A stretch of 60,898 nucleotides of DNA, filler included. It is 10 parts of 10 records of this genome, joined end to end, with 100 filler letters (N's around TTAATTAATTAA, not from the genome) between each part and the next. Parts side by side here need not be neighbours in the genome. Positions count along the whole stretch, not along the records: positions 7,648 to 14,373 come from SRR15195285_3875; positions 14,474 to 20,657 come from SRR15195285_3891; positions 20,758 to 31,281 come from SRR15195285_3894; 7 more parts are not named here. The stretch is one strand, 5' to 3'. This document shows positions 11,101-20,876 of the stretch, one piece after another. How positions within the stretch are numbered: position 1 is the stretch's first letter; every line of letters begins with the position of its first letter. The position numbers and the translations under genes are program-made. The notes under the pieces were generated by a model, which worked only from the letters and a program-made list of their open reading frames with translations, did not search any database and had not been told where the DNA came from.

Positions 11101-14076
11101 ATCAGGTGTCGTGAAAATCTTGAGCTTTGCGATGATGTCTCTTCCACTATTGACCAGTGCTTCGAGTGCCACAGCATTCAGCAAACGATTCAGAGCGAGC
11201 AGATCTAGCGGCGTCCTTCCATTACAATCTTTCTGGTCCCATCCACTCCACTGGCTTGAAATCTTGGCAACCTTATTGATCTTTTCAGGCGTCCATGCGT
11301 GCTGGTTCGAACACAGGTGATGCAGCGGGGTTCTTTTGGTCTCATCCACGTGAGAAGTTGCCATTTGCCTGGACGGCTCTTTGGGATTGTCTCCATTCGC
11401 AGGTTGACCACGGAGAATCGTTTCTAGCAATGTCCCAGTCACGAGTCGATTTGCACACAGAACATGCAGTGGTATACGACGATATGCGTCTTCCGCGAGA
11501 CGTGACTCCAACGTTAGGACTGTCAGCAAAGAGTTGAGTGAGCCTAGCGAGACAGTTTCGGAGGCACACAGCCAGTGGAGTGGAGTGGTTCGCTGAGCAT
11601 CTCGCACAGCCGCGTTGTATCCCGCAGCAGTGACAAGTGCAGCCGCCTTAGCCTTCTTCCACCGCATTCTGACCCTCAGCTGCGCCTTAGTTTGCGTTGC
11701 GCTGCCTTCTTCCCCGACTCCTCGGTCAAGTGGTGCCGCTTGATGGTTCGCATCATCAACTTGTTCCCGCGCCTCAGTCTTGTCCGTCTCGACTCTCTCG
11801 TTACCCGAGGTTTCCACAAGTACTGCCGAATCTGTGACATTTCCAATGCCAAAGGTGCAATTGCGAAGCTGTTCCAACGCCCACATCTCCTCTGTGTCGA
11901 CCTGCGCACCGAGGCTGGGACCCAACTCCGCGCGAAAATCAGCCCCGTTTTCAGGCATTCGGTGTAGCAATACCATTGCTGCACGCCGTGCAATCTTCTT
12001 CATGTGAGGGGTTGTTCGTGTCTGCCAGTCCATTACAACGAGTAGTATCCTCCTAAACTGGACTTCCTGCCTGGCCAGCTTCGCGACAGGCCACTGCAAT
12101 AACATCTGCAACAGACAATTCATCGCACGATTTCGTACACGATCCTCGTTTCTGATGCCCACCGCTTCCTCGGCGATGTTCACGAGCCTTCTGTGGGTAC
12201 TACATGCAATGATTTCATCTAAGCACTCATTTGCAGCGGCAAAAACCACTCCGTCTGGCCCGCACCTTAGGAAGAATATTGCCGCTGTGAGCTGCGGCAA
12301 CGCATGTAAGAACTTTCGATCGCAGGCAAGATCACGCACGATCTGTTTGAGTGTCTGCAGTGCTGCCAATCGCTCGTTATCATCGTCCAGGCCACGTAGC
12401 AGCTCTATCAGATTCGGGATGAGCTCGCCAATCTTTCCACGCAACCATGAGTATGAGTCAGCGTTCAGTCCTCGATCAGTAGCCTCACCTCGCAACTTAG
12501 CCACACCCATCGCCTCTAGTTCTTTTTCTTTCATCTCAAGATAGCTTTTATTGTCCATTTTCGACTGTTCGTCGTCCATGATTAGCTTGACAAGTGCCGC
12601 TTTATATGTCTGTGTCAGGTTATCTAACTTCTGCAATCCCTCCTTCCTGCTCTGCGCGAGACGGCTCTGCTCCAGGAGCTCCTCAAGGTGCAGAAAATTT
12701 GGCTTGACGGCGTCCATTGCAGCGCTTTCACCTCGGGCGACATACTCCCATTCCCCGTCGGTCATCTCGTATCGCCATTTGCCGGGCAGATGACCCGATA
12801 TCTCTGCCTGCTTTAGTGCCGATCCTGACTTTGGCTGTAGCTCTGGCTTTGGCTCGTCCAACTGTGGTTCCAACCTGTCAGATGCAATGCACATCTGCTC
12901 ACGCATCTGCCGATGTGAGTCTCTAGCCTTCTGCATCTCTTGTGCCTTGAGGTTCTTGATTCTCTCCGCCAGTCGCAGGTCGCCTTCACTCAAGCATGAA
13001 AGAGCACGCTGAGCTGCAACGCGTGGTGCAGAACAACGCGGCCGATGCAACACCTTTACTAGGCTTGCGCACAGCTGATCAGTGTCCACAGCAGCCTGCC
13101 GCACGATCGCGTCTCCTTGTTCGTACAGCCGGCGGATTTGAATTGCTGCCGCTGTACACTCTGACTCCCGGGAATTCGACAGGCCATACGCAAGATCCTC
13201 GAACGAATACCTGGCGTTGACAGCGCGACGTTCGTTCTCTTCCGCTGTTTCCTTGCTCAGTCGCTGTTCTTCCTCGGCAGCTGCTTCAGCAGGAGGCTTT
13301 CTTGTTGCCCACTCAGACTGCTCCCATGGCGGCAGCGCAAGCCGCGATGCTGCGGCTCCTGTGTTGCAATCCACTAGGACAGCCAACGCCTCGCCCCGTA
13401 GTAGGTGTCGTTGCTCCAGCAGATCGCATGGCCTCAGGCCATGCCGGTCAGCGCGCAAAACCATTTGCGGCGCGGCAGCAGCGAGCGCGCGCAGAGCCTT
13501 CAGGAAGTCTGCCCAGTTGTGCGCGACCAGCTGCTCATTTTCGCACAGAGCGTGCAGCGCGCTGCGGCCGGTCCAGCTGTCAAAACGTGACGCAAAGCCC
13601 TCATCAGGACCTCCCGATAACGCGTGGTCCGCAGACAGCAGGTCTTCGACCGCGCCGCTGTTCACGTCGTGCTGCGCGCACACCCATTGCAAGAGCGTAG
13701 TTTCGCGGCGCTGCTCCCACCAGCTGCCGATCCGAAGTGGTTCACGCGTAATCTCCGGTCGAAGCTTGATTAGCTGCATCAGAAGAGCTGTGGTGAGGCC
13801 ACCGTGGTCCACGAGAAGTTCCAGCGGCGTCGCGCCCTGCAAGTCGCGAGCCGAAAGAGCCTCCGGGATGCGTCTAGCCAGCAGCAACACTGAGCTGCAT
13901 GCCATGCTGTCCTCGTCTGCGAGACACACGTTCGCGCAGAGCACGTGCAGCGCGGTGCGACGCGTGTGTGGGTCGCGCGCCTGTGCTGCATCAGCCTCGT
14001 CCTTCAAGAATTTGTCGATCCGCTCGAACGAAGCGCTCGGGCTCCGGAGCAGTGTAATGAACGGGTGGCTAGCCAT
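8104..14076 (-). CDS. ~1990-aa protein with many degenerate ankyrin-like repeats and a central ARM/HEAT-like region
   Basis: Uninterrupted ORF from ATG 14076 (MASHPF). Recurrent (G)xTPLHxLCxN and GxTPLDLL repeats; helical HEAT/ARM-like and coiled-coil middle. Confidence 0.8.
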   Translation of the reverse strand: MASHPFITLLRSPSASFERIDKFLKDEADAAQARDPHTRRTALHVLCANVCLADEDSMACSSVLLLARRIPEALSARDLQGATPLELLVDHGGLTTALLMQLIKLRPEITREPLRIGSWWEQRRETTLLQWVCAQHDVNSGAVEDLLSADHALSGGPDEGFASRFDSWTGRSALHALCENEQLVAHNWADFLKALRALAAAAPQMVLRADRHGLRPCDLLEQRHLLRGEALAVLVDCNTGAAASRLALPPWEQSEWATRKPPAEAAAEEEQRLSKETAEENERRAVNARYSFEDLAYGLSNSRESECTAAAIQIRRLYEQGDAIVRQAAVDTDQLCASLVKVLHRPRCSAPRVAAQRALSCLSEGDLRLAERIKNLKAQEMQKARDSHRQMREQMCIASDRLEPQLDEPKPELQPKSGSALKQAEISGHLPGKWRYEMTDGEWEYVARGESAAMDAVKPNFLHLEELLEQSRLAQSRKEGLQKLDNLTQTYKAALVKLIMDDEQSKMDNKSYLEMKEKELEAMGVAKLRGEATDRGLNADSYSWLRGKIGELIPNLIELLRGLDDDNERLAALQTLKQIVRDLACDRKFLHALPQLTAAIFFLRCGPDGVVFAAANECLDEIIACSTHRRLVNIAEEAVGIRNEDRVRNRAMNCLLQMLLQWPVAKLARQEVQFRRILLVVMDWQTRTTPHMKKIARRAAMVLLHRMPENGADFRAELGPSLGAQVDTEEMWALEQLRNCTFGIGNVTDSAVLVETSGNERVETDKTEAREQVDDANHQAAPLDRGVGEEGSATQTKAQLRVRMRWKKAKAAALVTAAGYNAAVRDAQRTTPLHWLCASETVSLGSLNSLLTVLTLESRLAEDAYRRIPLHVLCANRLVTGTLLETILRGQPANGDNPKEPSRQMATSHVDETKRTPLHHLCSNQHAWTPEKINKVAKISSQWSGWDQKDCNGRTPLDLLALNRLLNAVALEALVNSGRDIIAKLKIFTTPDEAHAPITVDEDSTCSVSPLHWLCMQHSHASERDVAVSSSTLQKVVDAFPDACAVAGPAGNTPLHLLCMGEYTTSAHLLTISAALSSCWEEQNENGDRPLDLLVAERRLTPATVFDLIKHTPRVAEVPMKDMRNPWSKEPITVLHWMCYTVSRDPEPDVRSSLLGHLPASVDYREHLRGLILEHGQIDHEGVWRRDLAHLKKGALRKRALLEGVPAYAVDEAEESYAPKTALVDLIVARLQTKDDAGVALRAEVTDLYSKDTEADQKASNQKDTGGTEGRERPAESSGNAPVRVNALHNRAVVVGLQLVIGAFPDAVVRQDEEGRTPLQIYCSHNAVFADAINVLAKQMTDRLSESIHFRDAYSNSALDLLLAHGALSVDLLEKLVGECSTFATGEIKDTHGPDCSDFGPAHVTKLADGNITPLHWLCAQPNLTLKSLQMVMVAAGSTAAQIDGRGQTPLHYLCKNKAAAAPEVLALFQTLNESAVAAIDSKQVVVSQASAENMVGRPEFALELNAGDKARDILASKLAEQTNHVRSIRKKHALNEKQRRRAAEAASASPRAVRQAQDHVDRRSQVAAKTMKSQSVQKSNRRRTSIRGAHFLSAPRRSLHAADTRQYAGQSMAEIIAGIPDDTGIEASAGRFQLQHSWQQLPSAGHGDRLHENVNSYSRSLVDWAAKDHSGMTALHLLCTNPTRWTRELLCWAAGSSATTAAWSVPNCDGRTPLDVLQFTCRPENEPALTAKLLKELVVKSDGRLAAVPLREPSDAPVVPMEEPTPGDLSLLAFACGDPLITEQDLAEITYAYPQALIHTSGKLRRNPLHILCANPHAKSAHIRCLVLSPCGREAVAAQDAHGNTSLHLLCQNARAVREDACAVLVAEYTPVISVQNRVGRLPIHYAASLGIDSGLDAPELECLLKLLSVAPSMPGRKRPKRRGRSNGLAPTRDVFGHTPLEILARNGHARAGLVKAVAGQGKLGVSDGRSDALIGEAPIGAVEHQSMR

Positions 14077-14473
14077 CGCCAGCCACGACCGCCTGCAGCG
14101 AGTGCACACGGACCACAACGCACCTACCGAAGCTCCCTAGACAAACCCGAGCTGGCTCCCTCCAGCCGTTCGCAGCGGCCGCCACATCCCGTCCTCATTC
14201 AGCCAGCGCAGCCGCATCTATGACCACCTGCGTATGGGTTGACGGCCATCCTCCGCCATCAGCGCCATCACTGGCACCGTGCCGAAATCAACAATCATTT
14301 CCAGTCAGCCAACGGCGGCACTTTTTTTTTTTCTCTCTCTTCTTTCTCTCTCTTCTTTTTGACGTTTTTCACTNNNNNNNNNNNNNNNNNNNNNNNNNNN
14401 NNNNNNNNNNNNNNNNNTTAATTAATTAANNNNNNNNNNNNNNNNNNNNNNNNNNNNNNNNNNNNNNNNNNNN

Positions 14474-15919
14474 GTCTCTGGGTCGTTCTTCAGTCGTGGA
14501 TGCGACCGTGGCGGAGAACAGGCATTCGAAGTGTTCGAAGTGAATCAGTTTCGTGATGGCGTGTTGATATGGACCGGCGAAGTTAGGCATTTCGGCATGC
14601 CACCAAATGCCACCAGTACGTTAGCATCCGGACGGCAAGCCGAATATATGGGAGATCCCACTGCTCGTCCGTTCGAGATAGGTGATATTTTGTGTGTCCC
14701 GTCATGCCCCGCAACACCATCACCATGGCAGGTTGTGTTGCGGGAGACACGAGCGGAGGATCCGACCGCGTATAGTGCTACCGTTGATGGTGTGCTACGA
14801 ACGTTGGAACTGCAGGCAGCAGTTCCGGCGCACACTCGTGTGCGGTTGGAGTGGTGAGAGATCGTGCTCGCCAGCCAGCGCGTTGTCCAGCTTGTCCTCA
14901 GGTTGTTGTCCGCGTCCTCAGCCTTACAAATGGCGCAATCTCTTGCACGCAGGGATTACGCTTGCTCGCCAGAGCAGGACCAGCAAGGTGTTTCCGAAAT
15001 GGACGGGGTCTCCTGCTACCAGGAGTGAGCACTCTAGTGACTCGTTGTGCAACCTTGGATTTCGCGGGTGTGCGGGGCATTCAGCCCAGCGACTTGTCTG
15101 CCCGGTGGTGCACGAGTCGTTTTACGTACCCGTTCAGTGCGTATACTGCTGACGGCATGTCGCACCTTGCCTCGGTCTGTTGCAGATTCATCGAGTGGGA
15201 CGCTGCGCCTGCTTTGTTCGCGGATGCCGTCGACCCAAACATCCCTCTGTCTGGACTCACGAGCTCGTCAGGTTCCGGCTTTTCCGGGGCCACTGAAGCG
15301 TTGTTTTGCAAAGCTTGTGCACCATCCGCTGCTGCGAGACCGGCAAGTCTCACCCAGACAGACAGCCCACCAACTTAGGTCGCATTGGCCCAAGTTTCGT
15401 CCGGGTGGCGCGCCAGTTGCCTTGCAGTCCTGCGCGAGCTCACCACACGTGTACACGGCCGCCCTGCTGCATTTTCTTCGGTCGTCTCAGCAAACTTCTC
15501 ACAAACCAAGTTGCGTTCTGTTCACCGTGTTCAGGGCGACACATGCTGGGCAGTCACGACGATCGGTGATACAAACCGTGGTTGTGGATGCAACTCCGGT
15601 GGATGGGCAGGCACTGGCGTGTATTACGGAGGTTGGCCTGCTGGAACATGCAACGCCTGCGGCTGCCAAGGAGGGGCTTTCGTGCGTAGCCTCCGTTAGT
15701 CTGCCGCAGCCGTACACTCCGACTTTCCGCATGGAATCGTCCATTCCGCCAGCCGAAGAATGGGCTCCATATGCTTCACATCCACGAGAGCCGCACCAAC
15801 GACTAGCAACACACTTGACTGCACTTGCTGTTGGTTTGCAGGCGGGGTACAAGGAGAGTGGGCAGCCCAAAGGTGGCGCCCCTGGCTACGGCTTCCAGAT
15901 TTCGGTGCTCACACTATAA
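14474..15919 (+). CDS. Hypothetical multi-exon protein, 5'-truncated; exon structure only partly resolved
   Basis: Coding-like segments 14474-~14853, 14953-~15024 and 15186 onward join in frame via GTGAGA/GTGAGC donors and YAG acceptors; the last open frame ends at 15919. No family recognised. Confidence 0.4.
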
Positions 15920-17141
15920 GCCATGCGTTCGGACGAGTGGCGACGGGCAAAGCAACCAGGCGATCTCCACTACGATCCCACCTCATCTCCGAGTAGCCAC
16001 AATCATGAGTGCTTCATGCCCACCGAGCGAGTCACAATTTTGCGGGTAGCAGCCCCGCGCCGGCTACAGCGCCGTCAGACTAGGCTTATTATACAGCGCT
16101 GCTGCGCGGCGCTAGAAGACCCGGCACCCGAATACATACAGTGTACACATTGGTGTCTTCTCTGGCTCCTAAATTTTGCTGCCGCCTGCATTTTGCATCA
16201 GCTACTCGTGGTTCTTCTCTTCTTCAACGCGATGCATGGGAGGTGGTAACGAACCCTGCCCCCCTCCCTCCGTTCTCAACAGCCCCTCCCTTCCAGCTCC
16301 AGCCCCAGCTCCTACCCTCAACCACGGCCGAACCGAACGGCACTGCGTTCTCATACGCACCGCACAGACCCTGCACACCCGGGCTTCACTTCTGCTCCTG
16401 CCTACAGTACGGTACAGTACGGTACCGTATGTGTTCACGTGTAGGAATTCCGGCGCCTGGATTGATACAGTATGCGTTGAGCCAAATCGAACTGGAACTG
16501 CGACCGGCGATTGCAGCCAGAAGACGCACCGACCGGTCCGATCCATGCCGCACATGTACAGAGACTTTCCAGCGCGACGTTGTTCCACCACATTCATGCA
16601 AATCCAATAGATCTACTAGTATCCGAACCGTCGACCGCTCTACAGTAGATCTACTAGTATAAACTACGGTATAATAGAGCTACAATTGTACCGTGTACAC
16701 ACAGTGTGTACACACACTGTACTGGTACATGTACAGTATAGTACCCGGTGTGGCTACAGCATGAATGGAAAAGTCAACATGCGTCATCATCGGTCGTGCG
16801 CGGTGCGGCCGGTCGCCCGACCACGGATCGGAAGGGACACTCTTCGATGACCCCGACCGACCAGCCAGGCAGGTCGATTGCAAAATCAAGCGCCGGGATT
16901 TTTCATTTTCAATTTTTGTGCCGTCTACTCCGGAAAATCGTACCATTTTGAGGACCGTCTTACGGCGGGTGCGAACTGACAGTCTGACACCGCTGTCCTG
17001 TGGTCTCCTCGACGAGCGGCATCGTCGAGCAGGCTTGGCAAGTTGGCAGGGCGGAGGATTGGATCGGATTGGCCGCTCATATGGCGCTCTAGGAGGCAGC
17101 CTGGTGCGTGGGAGGGCGAGGGGGGAGGTTGACGGGTCGAG

Positions 17142-17977
17142 ATGAGCATTCCGAGCAGACTGCACCGCGACGGCAAGCATTTGAGCCACCATGTTCGGCA
17201 TGCGCCGTCGCTGTCGTGGGTGCCGGGAGAATCGACGAGCTGCCAGAAGCTTGAATTCCTCAAGCAGTTTCACATCAGGTCTAACAAGTGCGGCTCCGAA
17301 CCGCCAGCCAATCGCCCCACATCTTCCCCTGTCACACGTGTCACGCTTTTCTCACCAGCATGTGGCTAGTTTTTGACTGTGCGAGTGCTGCGCAGTGACC
17401 TTCTGGACGCACACGGAGCACGCGGCAAGCAACCGTTGCAGGCACCAGTGCGCACTCCGGCAGGGGAGAAGCGTATGTTGAGCAATTACCAAGGGGAACT
17501 ACCGCTCGCGTATTCCCCGAACGGAGGGCAGCTGCTAGCCGCGGTCGATTCGACGCAGCTGAGTGAAACAGGGACCAGAAGGTACCTTCCAACCGTCGGG
17601 CGAGCTGCCGGTCCAGTCTTTGGGCGACGTTCGGTCGGCCGCGTAGCCCACTACAAGACGGACTTGTGGGGCACGAGCACTTACCAGAAAGCCAACCAAG
17701 ACCTTAGCTACAGTCGCAACCGGGCTTGGACTGACGAGGAGTCGCGGCGCCTCAAGGAAGCAGTTGAACAGTTCGGAGCCGAGCACGCGTGGCAACGAAT
17801 CGCCATCGAGGTCGGCGACAACCGGGCCGCAGGAGATTGCCGCCGGCACTGGGAGGATGCAGGGCGCTCAAAATCTAGGTGCGTTGGTACTCTGCAGCGG
17901 TCACTTGAGTTCACCGCTGCGTACCTCTACTCATGGGACGATTCGTGATTGTCAGTTTGATGTGAGCTCGCAGGTGA
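17142..17977 (+). CDS. Single Myb/SANT-domain protein (exon model tentative)
   Basis: AWTDEESRRLKEAVEQFGAEHAWQRIAIEVGDNRAAGDCRRHW has the three spaced Trp of a Myb repeat (~17720-17855). Possible introns 17279-17395 and 17879-17973; alternative start at ATG 17475. Confidence 0.7.
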
Positions 17978-18081
17978 TCGGCGACGGGTCCCGCGCTGCA
18001 ACATGATTGTTATGCTGCTATCCTCAACGATAGTTGAAATACATTAACCTTTATATTGTACCATGAACGCAGACAGTTTTT

Positions 18082-18194
18082 GTCGTGCGCGCACCCAAGC
18101 TCAACTGCGCCGGCCCACCCTCCGTATGACGCTCTTTCAAGCAGGAAGGTGTTTCAGCCAACGCCGTGTCACGGCCCGGTGCACAACGCACGAC
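18082..18194 (-). promoter_or_regulatory. Eukaryotic SECIS element (form II, GUGA core) in the SelO 3' UTR
   Basis: On the minus strand: GUGAC...UGAG core; 12-bp helix II ACGGCGUUGGCU/GGCCGGCGCAGU with one mismatch; unpaired GAAA; apical stem CACCUUCC/GGAGGGUG; helix I GUCGUGCG/CGCACGAC. Begins ~20 nt downstream of the SelO stop. Folded by hand. Confidence 0.85.
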
Positions 18195-18213
18195 CTGTCC
18201 ACGCGACCAACAC

Positions 18214-20479
18214 TTATGAGGATCAGCTCATGAATCCAACGCCACCTACAGTCGCAGAACTGGGCGGGGCCTGCCGCCACAAGCAACACGACCAGCACAC
18301 CAAGCAACAGTAGCCACGCATCGGGTCAGCCGAACGGAGCTAGGTGACTGCCGCAAAACGCTGGTGACTGCTCCGAAATTTGGTACGCGACAGGTGGCGG
18401 ACCTTCTTGTAGTACTTTGCCTCCATGGACTCTTGCTCGTCGTACGGATGTTTAAACAGCTCGTGGAGCGCCTCCACCTCGCTGTAGTCCCCGGTGTTCG
18501 CCTTCGTGTAGGCGTCCACAAGCATCCACTCTCGAGGCACGTACTTGGGCGACGCGCGACGCATCACAGCAGCGGCCGACGCACCACCACCTTCCTGCGC
18601 TTTGACTTTGCCCGCCCACGCCCTCAGCCACACTTCCCAAGCCTCTCGCAGAGGGCCTGGAGCACAAACGGGCACCCCAAAAACCCACAGACATCCGAAC
18701 AGCGCTCAGCAGCAACTGTGCAGACGCACTGAAGCCATTGTGCTGTTAAAGACGCACCTTGTTCTGGACCTGTGCATTCGTGAAAGCATGGGAGCAGAGG
18801 CTTGAAAATCTCCGCCTCATCCACAGTTTCTACGTCGAAAGCGTCCACTTGCTCGGCAAGCTCTGCCAGCTGTCGCCAGAAGATCGTCCAGTCGCAGCGA
18901 GTGTGGTTCAGCAGGGGCAGCAGCTTGTCAAGGAGGCTCTGCGCGCCATGCGGCGTCGCCGACTTGTCCCAGGCGCGGAATCCGAGCTTCGGTCGCCAGC
19001 ATCGCTCCTCCAACGCCTTCGTGGCCACGCGATCTGAGCTCTCACCCAGTGCGACGGCCGCCTTTTGCTCCGCTTCGCTGAGCAGCGGCACCACGGCGGT
19101 GAGGAGACTCTTGAAGTTCGTCATTCCTGCGGATGGCTGGTTCAGGAAACCGAAGTGATCGCCTCCGCCTGACCACATGTTCCACAGTGGTTCGAACTGC
19201 TCCATGAACCCAAAGGGCCCGTAGTCCATGGTGCGTCCAGCAACAAGGCAATTGTCCGAGTTGAAGTTGCCCTGGCAAAAGCCGACGCGGATCCAGTCGG
19301 CGGTGAGAGCCGCGATGCGCTGCTGCGACGCACCCAGCATGCGGAGGATCCGCGTTCCGATCTCGCCATCTGGGTCGTCATCCCAAAACTCGCGCTCGAT
19401 CGCGTGCTTGATGATGTTCTCCAGCGCCTCGCGGTTCTCGGGCGTGTCTGACTTCTTGCAGCGCCGACCGTGCAGCTCGATATGACCGACACGCGTGAAG
19501 GACGGCGCGACGCGGCACGTGATCGCGCACTGCTCCTTGATCATGACGTCCGGTTGCTGCAGCTGCATGGCCAGCTGGCCCAGCAACTGCTTCCTCTGCT
19601 CGATGGGCAGGTGCGCCAGCCGCGGATCGTCCAGGCCCGGCACCTCGCGCGCGTTGGAGTACCAGGGCCGAGACACCGTCTCGGCGCCCGAGCCCATCAG
19701 CGAGAGTGCGCGAGTAGTCGACACGTCAAGGTGGTGCATTGCCTCCGACACGAGGAACTCGCGGATGGAGGAGCGTAGGACGGCGCGCCCATCCCCGCCG
19801 CGGCAGAAGGGCGTGGTGCCGGCACCTTTGAGCTGGAGCTCCCAGCGCGTGCCGCGCGCGTCGGCAGCGCTCGGAATGACCACCTCCCCGAGCGTGATCG
19901 CACGGCCGTCGCCGTAACCGTTGCCGTTCTTGAAGGGGCAGTTCTGGTACATCTCCTGCCCGTAGATCGACAGCGCGTAGGGCGTGGCCCACGACTCGAA
20001 GCCATCCGCTTGCTGGCCCGCGGAGAACATCGCGGCGAACTCCTCCGAGGCGCAGGCCTCATCGTCGAGCCCCAGCTCGGCCGCCATCTCCTTGCTGTGG
20101 ATGATGCGGAAGGGCTCCGGCAGGGGCGTAGGCTTGACGAGCACGTAGTGGCCCGACCGCACCTGGCGCGAAGTCTTGTTCGGCTCTCGCTCCGGCCGCT
20201 CCGGGTCCTCCGCCAGCTGCCGCACCCACGAGTGGTCGCAGCGACTCCCGAGCAGCTCCAGTCCACCAGCGACACCCGCTCCCGCCGCCGCCATGCCGGA
20301 GTGCGTTCCGCGGTAGCAGCGCCGCCACGTGGCCGCGCAGGCGAGGGTCGCAGCGCCACCCACCGCCGCGGCGGAGCAGAAGAGGTTCCGAATGGTCGGC
20401 GCCGCCTGCCCAGGTCAGGGAGGGCCGTGCACTGCTGACCACTGGGCAGTACGCGTACCGGGGTCCCTGTGGACTGCAT
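18214..20479 (-). CDS. SELENOO: Selenoprotein O (protein adenylyltransferase, YdiU family) with C-terminal selenocysteine; exons 20479-20459, 20405-18758, 18656-18403, 18270-18214
   Basis: Motifs GYGDGRA, ELQLKGAGxTPF, DGRAVLRSSIREFL, TTRAL, GFCQGNFNSDN, DYGPFGF, PKYVPREW. Three frame-consistent GT-AG introns. The last exon encodes APPSSATVGGVGFMS-TGA-SS-TAA. The 21-nt first exon is the least certain part (alternative ATG at 20294). Confidence 0.93.
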
Positions 20480-20795
20480 GGTTAGAACTTGCGTGCGTGT
20501 CGACCGCACAGACGCGACGGCCCGCCATCGGCCATGCAGCCTGAGGCACGCGCGCCGGGCGCCCTGCTGGAGTTGGAGTACCCAGGTTGAGTTTCTAGTA
20601 CTGGGTATGAGCTGAGTAACTCCCGCACAATCTGGGCACTGCTGCAGTCTCATCGACNNNNNNNNNNNNNNNNNNNNNNNNNNNNNNNNNNNNNNNNNNN
20701 NTTAATTAATTAANNNNNNNNNNNNNNNNNNNNNNNNNNNNNNNNNNNNNNNNNNNNAACTCGTCGTAGCCGCTGTGTGAGAATCGAGCTGGTCA

Positions 20796-20853
20796 GGAGG
20801 TCCTCGTCCTGGGCGCGCACAAAGACAAGCTCACGGAGGTCCTCGTCCTGGGC
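20796..20853 (+). repeat. 19-bp direct repeat just upstream of the Tudor-like gene
   Basis: GGAGGTCCTCGTCCTGGGC at 20796-20814 and 20835-20853. Confidence 0.8.
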
Positions 20854-20876
20854 AGTGTGAAGGCAGACGGTGGTGG

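Noticed and set aside
18624-18757. ORF-track C-terminus of SelO (...CERLGKCG*) as a Cys-rich tail
   Set aside because: It is read-through of intron 18757-18657; splicing restores the conserved PKYVPREW and the U-S-S ending.
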